From an uncultured Bacilli bacterium (GTDB lineage Bacteria > Bacillota_I > Bacilli_A > RF39 > UBA660): a DNA stretch of 64,000 bases. Position 1 is the stretch's first letter. Each line of letters begins with the position of its first letter. Below are positions 63,180 through 64,000 of the stretch, piece after piece. The notes beneath the pieces were generated by a model, which saw nothing but the letters and a program-made list of their open reading frames with translations, did no database searches and had not been told where the DNA came from. Both the position numbers and the translations under genes were made by a program. The DNA lies in the NCBI GenBank assembly GCA_947629205.1, contig CANRCV010000001.1, forward strand, positions 19,531 to 83,530. Reading direction: 5' to 3'.

Positions 63180-63914
63180 GTGAAGTATATGATAAGAATA
63201 ATTGTTGTTGAAGATGATAAAAATACGCAAATGTTAGTTAAGAAAGCCCTAAGAGAATTAGATATCTTTAAAGATGAAGAAATCAAAGTTGAGTATTATA
63301 CAAAATATAATAATGCACTAAAAGAAACCATTTTAAATCAAGAAGATCATAAAATTTATATCTTAGATATTCAATTAGAAACAACAGTTAGTGGTATTGA
63401 TATTGCTAAATATATAAGAGATAGAGATTGGGATAGTGAAATTATTTTTATTACAAATCATGATAAAATGTTTGAAACGGTCTATCGAAATATTTATGAA
63501 GTATTTGATTTTATTGAAAAGTTTCATGGATTTGGTTCTAAACTTAAGAAGGATATGAAAGAAATATTTAAAAGAAACTTTGATAATAAGATGTTTAAAT
63601 TTAGTAATAGAAATGGAAACTTACAAATTTATTATCGTTCGATACTTTATTTATACAGAGATACAGAAGAAAGAAAATTAGTAGTAAAAACGGAAAGATC
63701 AAGTTATACCATTGGTTTGAATGTAAGTGATTCATTAAAATATTTAGATCATCGTTTTATGATGGTTCATAGAGCATGTGTTGTGAATATGGATAAAGTA
63801 GAAAACTTTAATTGGTCAAAAGGATACTTTAAATTATATTCTGGTGAAAAAGTTCATATGTTATCTAGAAAATATAGAAAAGAGGTAGAAGATTATATTG
63901 AACGCAATCGTTAG
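63180..63914 (+). CDS. LytTR-family response regulator (REC plus LytTR DNA-binding domain)
   Basis: REC motifs (IVVEDD...YILDIQL...). C-terminal LytTR (...RFMMVHRACVVNMDKVE...). No histidine kinase is visible inside the window. Confidence 0.75.
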   Translation: MKYMIRIIVVEDDKNTQMLVKKALRELDIFKDEEIKVEYYTKYNNALKETILNQEDHKIYILDIQLETTVSGIDIAKYIRDRDWDSEIIFITNHDKMFETVYRNIYEVFDFIEKFHGFGSKLKKDMKEIFKRNFDNKMFKFSNRNGNLQIYYRSILYLYRDTEERKLVVKTERSSYTIGLNVSDSLKYLDHRFMMVHRACVVNMDKVENFNWSKGYFKLYSGEKVHMLSRKYRKEVEDYIERNR

Positions 63915-64000
63915 TATATATATTTTTGCAATTTTTATGCTAATATTTTGTTACAACTTGTGTTATGCAAAATTAACAAATCAAAAATTTTATCTAACTG

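Overview
This is an AT-rich (about 27-30% GC by eye) Firmicutes chromosomal window centred on the replication origin. oriC is the DnaA-box cluster between dnaA (34251-35621, minus) and rpmH (35933-36061, plus). Gene orientation flips exactly there: essentially everything to the left is on the minus strand and everything to the right is on the plus strand, which fits co-orientation with the two replichores. The left arm carries abgT, DUF951, mscS, parB, parA, spoVG, veg, yabG, ksgA, tatD, metG with a T-box leader, spoVT, mfd, pth, ricT, holB, bofA, recR, ybaB, dnaX, tadA, a small SRP RNA, two parS sites, gyrA, gyrB, recF, a ComK-family gene, dnaN and dnaA. The right arm carries rpmH, rnpA, yidC, jag, mnmE, mnmG, rsmG, a Noc-like ParB, a class A PBP, argS, rpoE, prfA, prmC, a GT2 glycosyltransferase, spoIIR, murA, rpmE, rpiB, spoIID, spoIIID and a LytTR response regulator. 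The many sporulation genes together with RpoE-delta and ComK suggest an endospore-forming Bacilli or Erysipelotrichia-like organism; this is inference only. Accessory cassettes interrupt this conserved backbone. Three paralogous ~626-646 aa exported proteins have a SipW/TasA-like N-terminal region and a C-terminal FGE-sulfatase (SUMF1)-like domain. Each is divergently paired with its own small DNA-binding regulator (two XRE-HTH and one ribbon-helix-helix), and each regulator-target promoter carries a different palindromic operator. Two paralogous DUF4143 AAA+ ATPases are also present, and one of them splits the normally adjacent mnmE-mnmG pair. I found no CRISPR array, integrase, transposase or rRNA/tRNA gene.
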